From an uncultured Peptococcaceae bacterium (lineage in GTDB: Bacteria > Bacillota > Dehalobacteriia > UBA7702): 64,000 bases of DNA. Below, one piece after another: positions 19,333 through 28,990 of this stretch (its first letter is position 1; each line of letters begins with the position of its first letter). The translations under genes and the position numbers were made by a program. The notes beneath the pieces were generated by a model. That model saw nothing but the letters and a program-made list of their open reading frames with translations. It had not been told where the DNA came from and made no database searches. The stretch lies in NCBI GenBank assembly GCA_964637365.1, contig CAZWWH010000001.1, positions 132,269 to 196,268 on the forward strand. Direction: 5' to 3'.

Positions 19333-19371
19333 ATCAAAAAAGACTTCACTCGCAGTGTTACGAGTGAAGTC
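19333..19371 (-). terminator. rho-independent terminator downstream of the frameshifted sigma-54 activator
   Basis: perfect 11-bp stem GACTTCACTCG/CGAGTGAAGTC followed on the minus strand by TTTTTTG. Confidence 0.7.
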
Positions 19372-19395
19372 ATTATTTGTTTTATATCAGCTCAA

Positions 19396-21374
19396 TCACC
19401 GAAGCTGATATTTTTTTATCTTTTTATATAATGTAGATTTTCCCATATTCAGCATTTTCGCCGCCTGGGCCACGTCATGATCCGTAGCCGTCAGGGCTTT
19501 TTGAATGGTTTCTATTTCCGCATCCCGGATTGGGTCTGGGGAAATTAGAGATTTAGACGGCGCGATTGACGTAGAGAATACGTCATCGGGAAAATTTCCG
19601 GGAACGATCCATTCGCCATTACCGGTAGTTACCGCATAGACAACGGCCTTTTGCAGTTGGCGCACATTACCGGGCCAATCACCATGAAGCAAAATGCTTT
19701 TCGCCTCAGAACTCAGTCGGGGTACCTGCCACTGCATTTTGCCGCAGTACTCCTGAATAAAGTGCTCTGCCAATAAAACGACGTCGTCATCGCGTTCCTT
19801 CAATGGTGGAATGACAATTTTCAATGCAGAAAGACGGTAATATAAATCTTCACGGAACAGGCGTTTCCGCACAAGCTCTTGTAAATCCTGATTGGTGGCG
19901 GCGACGAGACGGAATTCCACGTCAATGTACTTATCGCCGCCAATTCGCATCACCTGATGATTTTCTAAAACCCGTAGCAGCACCGCCTGCACCTCATAAG
20001 GCATGTCCCCAATTTCATCTAAAAACAAGGTGCCCCCTGGGCCAGCTCAATTTTTCCGGGGCGGCCCTTCCGCTCGGCACCGGTAAAGCTGCCGCCCTCA
20101 TATCCCAACAGCTCACTTTCCACCAAATTTCGAGGCATGGAGGCGCAGTTTAACGCGATAAAAGGGCCGTGGGGCCGTGAGGCGTTGTGGATCGCCTGGG
20201 CAAAAATTTCTTTGCCAGTACCGCTTTCCCCTAAAATCAATACATTTTCAAAGGAGGAGGCAAAGCGCATAGAGATATCCTTAGCTTTCACAATGGAGGA
20301 ACTTTCTCCGAGAATATCCTGGAACGTCAGAGTCGCAGTATTATGATTTCTTTGGGCAATGTAGCTGTCAATTTGTTTCGGGTCACTGATACGGATTACC
20401 ATACTGTCGGAAACATCGGCCTGCTCCCCCATAATGGGTCTTAGGCTGAACAGGTAGTTTTTATCTCCCTCCGGCAGAAGCAGTGTATCCTCTAAATTAT
20501 TAACGTTGGCTTGAAGCGACAGCATATGCTTTAACGGCGAATTCTCTCGAAGAAATTCACAAAGGTTGTACTGACGTTCCGAATCCTCCTTGATGCCAAG
20601 GATATTAATGCTTTTTCGATTAGCTTTCAAAATTTTCCCGTGATTCTCCGCCAAAACAATACCTTCATCCATAAAAGTAAGGGTGGCCTCCAGCATTTGA
20701 TTGGTCTTGCGGAGCTCCTCGTTCCGCTTTTTGATTTCCATTTGCTGACCTATGGACAAGGCCATGGAGGACGTCCAGCAAAGAGCATTGATTTGATCCC
20801 GATGATATTCCGTGGTCCAGTATTCCTCCGGCATTAATCGGGCCAAGGCAATGATCCCGACACTCTGCCCCTTTCCATCGAGAATCGGCGCTGCCGACAT
20901 TGTGGTCGGCTGCATGGTATCGTGAAAATTCTCCGGGCCGTTGGTTTGCACGGGACAGCCGTAGCGGAGAGCCAGCATGGTTGCGGTAGTTCCCAGATAC
21001 TCATCTTTCGAGGAAGATGCGATATACTCCGCACCGGAGTCCGTCACAGGGAATCCCTTATTGGCAATGATAGTGAAGTAGGATTTATCCTCCGGGCTGT
21101 TAAAGAAGCAAAGCAAATTCAAATCCCGATCAAATAAAATCACAATAAGGTGGGAAATGGCAAAAAGCTCCATAATTTCATCGGTAATCATTGCCTTTGT
21201 AGTCTCTATCAGCAATTTATTTTTTTGAAAAAGATAATTATTCTGTTCCACACTGGGATCTGGCGGAAAAAGATCCTGATATGGGTGGATGCCATAGGTA
21301 AAGGAGCGCTCCCATGACAGGGCTATTTCCTCCCGAATCAGGGGATTCCCCGAGGGACGAATTCCTTTTTCCAC
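19396..21374 (-). pseudogene. sigma-54-dependent activator (GAF-PAS-AAA+-HTH, AcoR-like) disrupted by a -1 frameshift
   Basis: ORFs 20019-21374 and 19396-20028 are the N- and C-halves of one activator; the break is at a C5/G5 homopolymer (20033-20037). Restoring one G gives …GKIELAQGGTLFLDEIGDMP…, the canonical activator sequence. Confidence 0.75.
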
Positions 21375-22139
21375 ATAATCCCTTTTCGCCCGTTCCAGTA
21401 TTGTACCGGATATGCGCCGTTCAAGGTAAAAGGCAAAGCCATCACTTGCCGAAAATATGCCGCAAGGATCAACCGCAAAGAATATGCCAATGCCAACCCC
21501 ATTATTCGCCTTTACAAAAACCGTTGCTCGGCACTACGTATGGAACGCAAACGTGGTAAGCACGACGATGTACTAATAAATGCCGCCCTTGCCGTTGCCA
21601 AAGAGCGTATGCAACGGGCAAAGAACGATCCCGATTATGCCAACGGACAGTATGAAGCAGATATACTTCGTGAAGAACTCTACGCCGAAGCGGACAGACG
21701 ATTAAACGGCAAATAACACAGATTGGAGGTGAGTGCCGTGAAAGAAAAGTATATTGACGAAAAGGAACTGAATATGTACCGCATCCAGCTGGCACCGCCG
21801 AAGTGGGATTTACAGGAATATATTGTGACCTATCTGAAAGAGCAAGATGACCGAACGAATGATGCTCGCCCAGCGGCTTGGTTTCTGTTTTGATTGCCAC
21901 AGCATATTTTATATGGATTATGACGATTTGGATGAATACGGTGATCCGAAAAAGAAACCAATCAAGCCAATGATGTATACCGATATTGCCACCGACCACG
22001 AATACAGCTCCGCCAATACCGCACACAAAAATGTGAAAAGGCACTTGCTAAACTAAAAGAAACCATAAAAGACTTGATATAACGAAAAAAGCCCCGTTAG
22101 AAATGCAGAATTTACTGCGCTCCCAACAGGGCAATTTAT

Positions 22140-24314
22140 TTATTTCCGCCTTTTGAAAACAAATGCAAAAACAAGCCCTAATGCAAGAAACAATACGCTT
22201 ACAATCATTACGATCCAATCGGTTGCAGGTACAGTATTCTGACCTTGCGATTGGGTTTGACCGTTACTGTTTGGTTGCGCATTGCCGTCAGGTCGTTGCA
22301 TCTGACCGCCGAAATCCCCATTTTCACCGTCAGGCAGTTCAGGCGGTGCGCCACCTTGCATTTGTTCGCCTCCGAAGCCGCCTTGGTTTCCGTTCGGCAT
22401 TTGACCATCAGGCATCTGAGAAATTGAACTATCTTCTGAGCTGCCATTTTCTGTAGCATCCGATTCTCCCGAAGGTGTTTTGTCGGTTGATTCTGTGGTT
22501 TCATTATCCTCAGCATCAGTCTGCGGTTTTTGAGTATTACCATCAAACTTATCTTTGCCGCCGCCCATAGTATTGCCCATAGAACCCATATCATTGATTT
22601 GAATATCACCGGCATCTATAAGGGTATCACTCTTTTGGGTATCAGAGGTAGAGCCAATTGTTCCGTCAAGTTGAGCACTCACGCTTTCTGCACGAAGCAA
22701 ACAGAACTCTTTAAGAGTCGTAATGCCTTTTTCAAATTCTTCATAAGTGCAGAACTTTGTAGGATCCTTTTCAACATATGGAGAAATCATTGCATTGACG
22801 TTATCTATCATCTCTGAGAAATAACCGCTATCGAAATAGGTCACAATAAATTCCGAGAAATACTTATGGTACAGTTCGGTATATTCTTCATTCTCGAAGA
22901 TCCAAGCAATCATCGGTCTATCTTCGGTGTTGCCGCCGGATACAGGAGAGTCAACCGGATAGTTGACAAGGTTGGTAGCACCGCCCGCAGACTCGAATCC
23001 GCCGAAAGCAAGGTTATAGTCCCACGGAACCATTTGCATCTGACCGTCTTTTTCGTAGAGATAATAGTTATGGATCATCGATCCGGTATAGCTGTCAAAA
23101 TTCAAAACAAAGTTATGCACCACGAAATAACGGATTACTTTTTCGATATCAACAGTATCTTCAAGCTCTTCGCCGTTACTCAGTTTTTTGAGAGCTGCGA
23201 TCAAACGTGCTTTATCGCTGTCGGAAACATCAGTTTTCGCATTGTCAAAGATGTTGGCATAGCTTTCGATCTCATCGTCAATGTATTTGAGCAATACATC
23301 GTCGCTGCCATTGGTCATACCGCCTTTATCTCCGCCTTGCATATCTCCACCGGGTATCTGTCCGCCCATTTCGGGAACGGTACCGCCTTGTTGCATCTGT
23401 CCGTTTGTATCTGATGTCGAACCGTCTGTAGTTGTTTCGTTATTAGGAGGTGTCATTCCGCCTTGTGCGTTACCTGCATTGGGCTCTACCGCTGTTTCTC
23501 CGCTCGGTAACTCAGGAGGTGTTGTGCCGCCCTGTGACTGACCACCTTGCATATTTTCGCCTGGCATCTGCGGAGTGGTTTGATCGGTATTACTGCTTGT
23601 TGTATCTTGCGTGGTAGTCGAGGTGTCGGCATCCTCGGTGTTGCCGAGGAAGTCATCCATATCGAACTTCTCGCCGTTGCCTCGTCCACCTCCCATACTT
23701 TGACTGTCGGGCTTATAGAGTTCACCATAATTGTTTCCGTAATTACGTTGCAGGAAAGATTTTTCTACACCTTCTACCGCAATGTAAAGCCCCCAATCTT
23801 CACCGTTTACCGTAATATAAACATAACTGCAAAGCGGTGAAGAAACGCCCATTTCAGCCATCATCTGATAGGCCAGATAATCCTTCATATAGGTGTTGTC
23901 CTGAATGATATTGTTTAGGCACAGCTTATCCAGACCGTAGTAGGTGTTGGTACTGTCGTAATGGTCAAACTCGATTTTGAAGCTGTAACGGTCGTTTCCG
24001 TAGGATGCCACCTGTGTCAGCGAAGTGTTGCCTTTTCCACGAATCGCCACATTTTTATACGCTTCATTATCAATGACAACAGAACAGGCATAGTATTCTT
24101 CGCTTTTGCAGTTTGCCGTAAATTCTTCCCAATCCTCCATAATAATATCAATGGTGTGGACAGCAGAGGTATCAAACAGCTTATTTTCATAGCCCATTAC
24201 GGTAGAAGCCTTTTGAACACCGAAACTTTCGGCATTCATAAACAATACGGTAAGAAGCAACGTAACAGCAAGAACAACACAGCAAATTTTATCAAAATGC
24301 TTATGTGTTGACAT
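22140..24314 (-). CDS. CotH kinase-family protein, membrane-anchored at both ends, with a long Gly/Gln/Met/Pro-rich low-complexity segment
   Basis: 724 aa; CotH-like core (…YGELYKPD…, …YYLYEKDGQMQMVPWDYNLAFGGF…); N-terminal signal anchor and C-terminal TM (WIVMIVSVLFLALGLVFAFVFKRRK). Confidence 0.65.
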   Translation of the reverse strand: MSTHKHFDKICCVVLAVTLLLTVLFMNAESFGVQKASTVMGYENKLFDTSAVHTIDIIMEDWEEFTANCKSEEYYACSVVIDNEAYKNVAIRGKGNTSLTQVASYGNDRYSFKIEFDHYDSTNTYYGLDKLCLNNIIQDNTYMKDYLAYQMMAEMGVSSPLCSYVYITVNGEDWGLYIAVEGVEKSFLQRNYGNNYGELYKPDSQSMGGGRGNGEKFDMDDFLGNTEDADTSTTTQDTTSSNTDQTTPQMPGENMQGGQSQGGTTPPELPSGETAVEPNAGNAQGGMTPPNNETTTDGSTSDTNGQMQQGGTVPEMGGQIPGGDMQGGDKGGMTNGSDDVLLKYIDDEIESYANIFDNAKTDVSDSDKARLIAALKKLSNGEELEDTVDIEKVIRYFVVHNFVLNFDSYTGSMIHNYYLYEKDGQMQMVPWDYNLAFGGFESAGGATNLVNYPVDSPVSGGNTEDRPMIAWIFENEEYTELYHKYFSEFIVTYFDSGYFSEMIDNVNAMISPYVEKDPTKFCTYEEFEKGITTLKEFCLLRAESVSAQLDGTIGSTSDTQKSDTLIDAGDIQINDMGSMGNTMGGGKDKFDGNTQKPQTDAEDNETTESTDKTPSGESDATENGSSEDSSISQMPDGQMPNGNQGGFGGEQMQGGAPPELPDGENGDFGGQMQRPDGNAQPNSNGQTQSQGQNTVPATDWIVMIVSVLFLALGLVFAFVFKRRK

Positions 24315-24325
24315 AGTGTACCTCC

Positions 24326-24997
24326 TTAACCCATATACTCGCCGTTATAGCTCACAAGAACTGCACTGTTTACGCCGGGCATAGTGCTCAGAGCATTGAT
24401 AAAATCGGTATTATCGTTTACCATACGAATTTCGAGATTCAGTTCAATCAATCCTTTGGTTGCCGTCTTGCTCTTAACAACGCATTTTTGAACATTACCT
24501 TTGAGAAAATCCACCGCTTTGTTTTCGGCCATAGAATCAGCGCAGGAAAGAACAACGATATAAGGATTGTAATAAGATTTCTTGTTTACGAACACAAGAA
24601 GGATTGCGCCGATGATAACGCTGCCGATTACTGCAAGAGGAATAAAACCGGCTGCAAGCACAATGCCGACTGCGATTGCCCAGAAAAGAAACGCAATATC
24701 GAGGGGTTCTTTAATAGCGGTACGGAATCGAACAATAGAAAGTGCACCAACCATACCAAGCGAAAGAACCACGTTAGAAGTTACCGCTAAAATAACAACG
24801 GTGGTGATCATCGTGAGGGCAACGAGCGTTGTTCCAAAGCTGGAGGAATACATAACGCCCTGATAGGTCTTTTTATATACGAGGAAAATAAACATACCGA
24901 TGCCGAAGGCAAGAGCCAAGGCAATCGCCATATCGAGAATACCCACGCTTGCGATATTCTCCAAAAAACTTGATTTGAAAATGTCATTGAAAGTCAT
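24326..24997 (-). CDS. DUF4956-domain membrane protein
   Basis: 223 aa, 4-5 TM helices plus a C-terminal soluble domain; fits the DUF4956 family that co-occurs with VTC-domain and CotH proteins. Confidence 0.55.
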   Translation of the reverse strand: MTFNDIFKSSFLENIASVGILDMAIALALAFGIGMFIFLVYKKTYQGVMYSSSFGTTLVALTMITTVVILAVTSNVVLSLGMVGALSIVRFRTAIKEPLDIAFLFWAIAVGIVLAAGFIPLAVIGSVIIGAILLVFVNKKSYYNPYIVVLSCADSMAENKAVDFLKGNVQKCVVKSKTATKGLIELNLEIRMVNDNTDFINALSTMPGVNSAVLVSYNGEYMG

Positions 24998-25026
24998 AAT
25001 ACTTACTCCTTATAATTTTTATTATT

Positions 25027-25698
25027 TTAGCCGTAGATTCTGCAAACGGCGTATTTGGAAAAAGCGCCAACACGGCGGTTATTAAGTTGGACAGCATCCC
25101 GAATAATGTCCGGCAAATACTCGTCCCATTTTACTTCAAGAATGATCGGTGTCTCGCCTGCAGGAACCGTAACACAGTTTGGATTCAGAAAGTCCGTACA
25201 GTTCATTCCTGTGCGGATGTTATAGTCAAGGGTTACTCGAACATTACCGGGTGCAAAAACAAAGGGTTCTCTTAGATAATCCACGATAGTTTTTGGGCGC
25301 AATCCCTGACCTTTCATCTTACTGTATAATTCCTGAATCAAAGGAACACCGCTATCCATCATCCAATTATAATCACCGTTTGCAATCGCCTGCGCTTGTT
25401 CTTTGGACAGTGTTGCATTGTCTTTCAAACACAAACCATTGACTTTGCTTTTCTTCTCTAAATGAATCAAGGATGTGTCGTTGTTATAATATCGAATGCG
25501 GAACTTTTCACGGACATTCACACTGTCAACCTTTTCTCTTAGTGCCTTATCGGATGCGTTATCAAAATATAAACTGCGGATCAGATACTTGCCGTCAATA
25601 GCGTGGGCATCTCGTTTCATAACGGCAGACAAACGCTGACGGAGAACAAGCATATCACCGTAGCTGATTTCGTGCTTCCATTCGTGTCGGTATTTCAT
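25027..25698 (-). CDS. VTC-domain (polyphosphate-polymerase/triphosphate-tunnel-like) protein
   Basis: 223 aa; N-terminus MKYRHEWKHEISYGD…RQRL…IRSLYFDN… and conserved Lys/Arg/Glu pattern of bacterial VTC (CYTH-like) domains. Confidence 0.6.
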   Translation of the reverse strand: MKYRHEWKHEISYGDMLVLRQRLSAVMKRDAHAIDGKYLIRSLYFDNASDKALREKVDSVNVREKFRIRYYNNDTSLIHLEKKSKVNGLCLKDNATLSKEQAQAIANGDYNWMMDSGVPLIQELYSKMKGQGLRPKTIVDYLREPFVFAPGNVRVTLDYNIRTGMNCTDFLNPNCVTVPAGETPIILEVKWDEYLPDIIRDAVQLNNRRVGAFSKYAVCRIYG

Positions 25699-25798
25699 CT
25701 TTTCACTCCTTTCTCATTTAGCTTCATAAAAAAGCCTCCTGTACTTGATAGCATCATTGTACAGGAGGAAGATTGAAGTTTGATTGAAGATTATTAAA

Positions 25799-27058
25799 TT
25801 ATTTTCCTAATGGAATATGCACAGTAAATTCAACCTTACCGTCATAACACAATACATCAATTTTACCACTATGTGTGGAAACGATTGCTTTCGCTATTGC
25901 AAGTCCGAGTCCATAGTGCTTGTCCTCACTATTACGGGCGGTATTCACTCGATAGAAGCGTTCAAATATCTGTTCACGCTGTTCTGCAGGGATTTCATTA
26001 CCTTTGTTTATAACGGAAAGCTTGGCGAGAGCGTGTTCCTTTGTCAAAGACAAATAGACTTCGCCTTGTTCTTTGCTATGACGAATAGCGTTATCAAGCA
26101 GTATTGAAACGATTTGTTTAAGCTGTGTGCTGTTACCTTCGATACTAATACCGTTTGCTATATTGCTGTTCAGCACGAGTCCTTTTTCAAAGGCAACACT
26201 TTCAAATGGGAGGGCTTCACCGGCAACCAAACGGCTGAAATCAATGTGTTCCATCTGCGGTGTTACGGTCTCGGTTCGAGCAAGGTCAAGAAGCTGACCG
26301 ACCAACATTCCCATACGCTCATTTTCATATTGTATATTTTGGAGCCATTGGTTATCGCCGATCTCACGGGACAAGAGTTCTGCATTTGCACTTACCACCG
26401 ATACCGGTGTTTTCAGTTCGTGACCTGCATCGGATATAAACTGCTTCTGTTTTTGATAGCTTTCTTCAAGGGGATTCACAATTTTTCTTGCAAGAAATAC
26501 CGACAGGAAAAAGAACAAAACCAAAGCCACACCGCCAAAAACCAGCGTATAACGGAATAAGGTCAAGGCGTTTTCGTTTACAACAGTATTATCCATAAAG
26601 GTAACAAGGTTGTAGCCACCTTTATCCGCTTTGTAAAAAGCAAGATTATTTTTAGTTCCGGTAGTTTCATTGCTCTTTATAATATCTTTTGCCAACACTT
26701 CCAAATCATCATTGGTATGCACTGTTGGCGGTTCATTCTTTACTTCAATAATATCACCGTCATAGGATACCGCAACGGTATAGAAAGTGGACAACTGAAA
26801 CAACGGTGATTGCGGATCAAAGCCGAGATTGAAACCTTGATTGCCATTAGTTTTTGGTCTGTTTGGCGGAATCATATCTTCAAAGGATTGCGGGAGCACA
26901 TACATTTCAGCGTGTGCCTGAAGCATCTGTTCATTTTGTTTTGCCATTTCAAAATAACTGGATGCATAAATAACACCAAGCGTTCCTACCCATAAAAGCA
27001 CAAGGATGGACATAATGGCTGCAACGATTTTTCTTTTTGATTTTTTAAACATCGTCAC
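25799..27058 (-). CDS. sensor histidine kinase (two TM, HAMP, HisKA, HATPase)
   Basis: H-box ISDAGHELKTPVSV, N/G boxes (IRHS…, GLGLAIAKAIV); overlaps the response-regulator gene by 14 nt. Confidence 0.85.
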   Translation of the reverse strand: MTMFKKSKRKIVAAIMSILVLLWVGTLGVIYASSYFEMAKQNEQMLQAHAEMYVLPQSFEDMIPPNRPKTNGNQGFNLGFDPQSPLFQLSTFYTVAVSYDGDIIEVKNEPPTVHTNDDLEVLAKDIIKSNETTGTKNNLAFYKADKGGYNLVTFMDNTVVNENALTLFRYTLVFGGVALVLFFFLSVFLARKIVNPLEESYQKQKQFISDAGHELKTPVSVVSANAELLSREIGDNQWLQNIQYENERMGMLVGQLLDLARTETVTPQMEHIDFSRLVAGEALPFESVAFEKGLVLNSNIANGISIEGNSTQLKQIVSILLDNAIRHSKEQGEVYLSLTKEHALAKLSVINKGNEIPAEQREQIFERFYRVNTARNSEDKHYGLGLAIAKAIVSTHSGKIDVLCYDGKVEFTVHIPLGK

Positions 27059-27728
27059 ACCTCAATTCATATCCAACACCACGGACTGCCTTAATTTCGG
27101 TTTTAGCTTCGATAAAACTGAGTTTTTTACGGGTAAAAGACATATATACTTCTACATTGTTATACTCGGCTTCACTCTCAAAACCCCAAATTTTTACCGC
27201 AAGTTGTTTACGGGTGAGTATCTGACCGCTATTTGCAATTAAGTATTCAAGGATTCTATATTCCTTTTCACTAAGTCTTACGCTCTGTCCGTTGGTAGTG
27301 CAAGATAATGTAAGGGTGCTTGTATCAAGGGTAATGTCCCCAAATGAAAGAATACCATCTGTTGTTCCAAGTGTTCGTCTACCGAGTGCACGGAGACGGG
27401 CAAGCAGTTCCTTTGTCATAAAGGGTTTTGTTAGATAATCGTCGGCACCGCTATCAAGACCTGTAACCTTGTCGTCAAGCTCTGCCTTTGCCGTGAGCAT
27501 CAATATCGGTGTTGCAACACCTTTGTTGCGAGCCCGTTTTACAATTTCGTATCCGTTCATTCCGGGGAGCATAACATCAAGAATTACAATATCGTAAATG
27601 TTACTCTCGATTGCGGCTAATCCATCAAGACCGTTTGCAAAATGATCTACTTCATATTTTTCAAGACGCAGGATTTCGCAAAGCGCCTGCGCCATTCTTT
27701 TTTCATCTTCGACGAGTAAAATCCTCAT
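27045..27728 (-). CDS. OmpR-family response regulator
   Basis: MRILLVEDE…D(53)VMLPGMNG receiver domain plus a winged-helix trans_reg_C (…VRGVGY); GGAGGT RBS before MRIL. Confidence 0.85.
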   Translation of the reverse strand: MRILLVEDEKRMAQALCEILRLEKYEVDHFANGLDGLAAIESNIYDIVILDVMLPGMNGYEIVKRARNKGVATPILMLTAKAELDDKVTGLDSGADDYLTKPFMTKELLARLRALGRRTLGTTDGILSFGDITLDTSTLTLSCTTNGQSVRLSEKEYRILEYLIANSGQILTRKQLAVKIWGFESEAEYNNVEVYMSFTRKKLSFIEAKTEIKAVRGVGYELRCDDV

Positions 27729-27805
27729 AGCGATACCTCCGCTTATTATCATTATACCATAAAAGATTGAAAAATGATTGAAGTATTTGAAAAACGGCGG
27801 CTCGG

Positions 27806-28189
27806 TTAGTTGTAAATTATATCGTAATTTACGATTTCTGTGGCTCTGCTGCGGATGTTATTCATCCGAGAAACCCATTCCATTTGACTGTCAGCTTTGA
27901 GTTGTTCGGTCACGCCCTCACGCTCTGCCATCTGTTCTACGAGCCGAAAAAACATATCCTCAGTCTGCTTGTTTACATCGGCAAGGTGCCTGTTCAGTTC
28001 ACATTGTGTGAGTAAGGTTGTATAAAACCCTTTGCGGTGCACCTTGATATACTGCAAGTGCCGCTGTCCCCAAATACCGATAGGCTGTTTTTCTTCATTG
28101 GGGAGTGCAAGGTCGGGCAAGTAGTAATCTCCGTGCAGAGTGTAGCTAATGCTCGTCTGTTCGTTATAAATGTGCTTCTCCATCATCAC
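27806..28189 (-). CDS. TnpV-like small protein (transposon-associated, Tn4451-family accessory protein)
   Basis: 127 aa; the …ISYTLHGDYYLPDL…PIGIWGQRHL…QMEWV… pattern resembles, from memory, TnpV proteins carried on Firmicute conjugative/mobilisable elements; not verified by search. Confidence 0.45.
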   Translation of the reverse strand: MMMEKHIYNEQTSISYTLHGDYYLPDLALPNEEKQPIGIWGQRHLQYIKVHRKGFYTTLLTQCELNRHLADVNKQTEDMFFRLVEQMAEREGVTEQLKADSQMEWVSRMNNIRSRATEIVNYDIIYN

Positions 28190-28371
28190 GCCTCCTTGTA
28201 GATCACTTTGAATTTCTTTTGCTTTCTATCAATGATTTTCAGTAAAACCTCATCCACCGCATCGGTGTACTTGCCGTTGGCAATAAGCTTATTCCGCATT
28301 TCATTCAGGCATTTTATAACTACCCGCCGTTCAAAATCATCAAGTGCTATGTAATATTTCTTATCCCGCAT
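28186..28371 (-). CDS. hypothetical 61-aa basic protein
   Basis: AAGGAG RBS 9 nt before its ATG; translationally coupled (ATGA overlap) to the TnpV-like gene. Confidence 0.45.
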   Translation of the reverse strand: MRDKKYYIALDDFERRVVIKCLNEMRNKLIANGKYTDAVDEVLLKIIDRKQKKFKVIYKEA

Positions 28372-28376
28372 ATCAT

Positions 28377-28676
28377 TTACTCCTTTAACAAATCTTGAAA
28401 CGGTGTGTCGGTGACTACGAAGGTATCGTATGTGAAGTTGGCTCCCAAGCGAAACCACATCATATAACTGTCAAGATTGGATTCGCCGTTTACCACGCTC
28501 CACGCATTAACGAAATCGAGAAACTTTTTCTTATTTTCAACCGATAGCCGTTCTGTTAGGAAATCTTCATTGAGCATCAAGACCTTCATTTGCTTTTGCA
28601 CCGCTTTGTTCTGCTTTGTGCTTCGTTCCTGTGGATCAATGTTGCCGTAATAAAATTCTTCTATAAATTTACCCAT
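28377..28676 (-). CDS. hypothetical 99-aa protein (first gene of the same-strand array)
   Basis: ORF with Firmicute codon usage; no recognisable motif. Confidence 0.45.
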   Translation of the reverse strand: MGKFIEEFYYGNIDPQERSTKQNKAVQKQMKVLMLNEDFLTERLSVENKKKFLDFVNAWSVVNGESNLDSYMMWFRLGANFTYDTFVVTDTPFQDLLKE

Positions 28677-28757
28677 ATTGTTACCTCCTTTGATTTTCTA
28701 TCATCATTTTACTCAAAGGCAGTTTGATAGTCGAATGTATGGATATAAAAGCATAAA

Positions 28758-28798
28758 AAGACAGAGAGAAAGGCGATTAAGCCTTTCTCTCTGTCTTT
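28758..28798 (-). terminator. strong hairpin/terminator separating spoIIID from the downstream array
   Basis: 18-bp near-perfect stem AAAGACAGAGAGAAAGGC/GCCTTTCTCTCTGTCTTT, U-run on the minus strand. Confidence 0.6.
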
Positions 28799-28954
28799 CC
28801 CTTTTGCAACGCCCATAAGTTAGTGTTTTGAAATTACTGCCTTATGTGGCGTGTGCAAATGTGCTTTCTCTTTTTTGTTTATCCACGTCACACGACATAA
28901 AACAATCCCATAGGGGCAATTCTTGCACCGTCGATTCATTGGGACACAAAGAGA

Positions 28955-28982
28955 GCCACCACATTTCAAAATGTGGCGGCTT
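28955..28982 (-). terminator. hairpin immediately after the spoIIID stop
   Basis: GCCACCACAT-ttcaaa-ATGTGGCGGC (one mismatch). Confidence 0.45.
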
Positions 28983-28990
28983 CATTGAAA

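Noticed and set aside
19386-19420. Second hairpin TCAGCT…AGCTGA + T-run near 19400 as an independent terminator
   Set aside because: It overlaps the last codons of the frameshifted activator. The perfect hairpin at 19342-19371 with its U-tract is the better terminator.
21502-22044. 180-aa minus-strand ORF in the debris region
   Set aside because: His/Arg/Cys-rich, no RBS, and antisense to short plus-strand ORFs that have better codon usage. Judged spurious.
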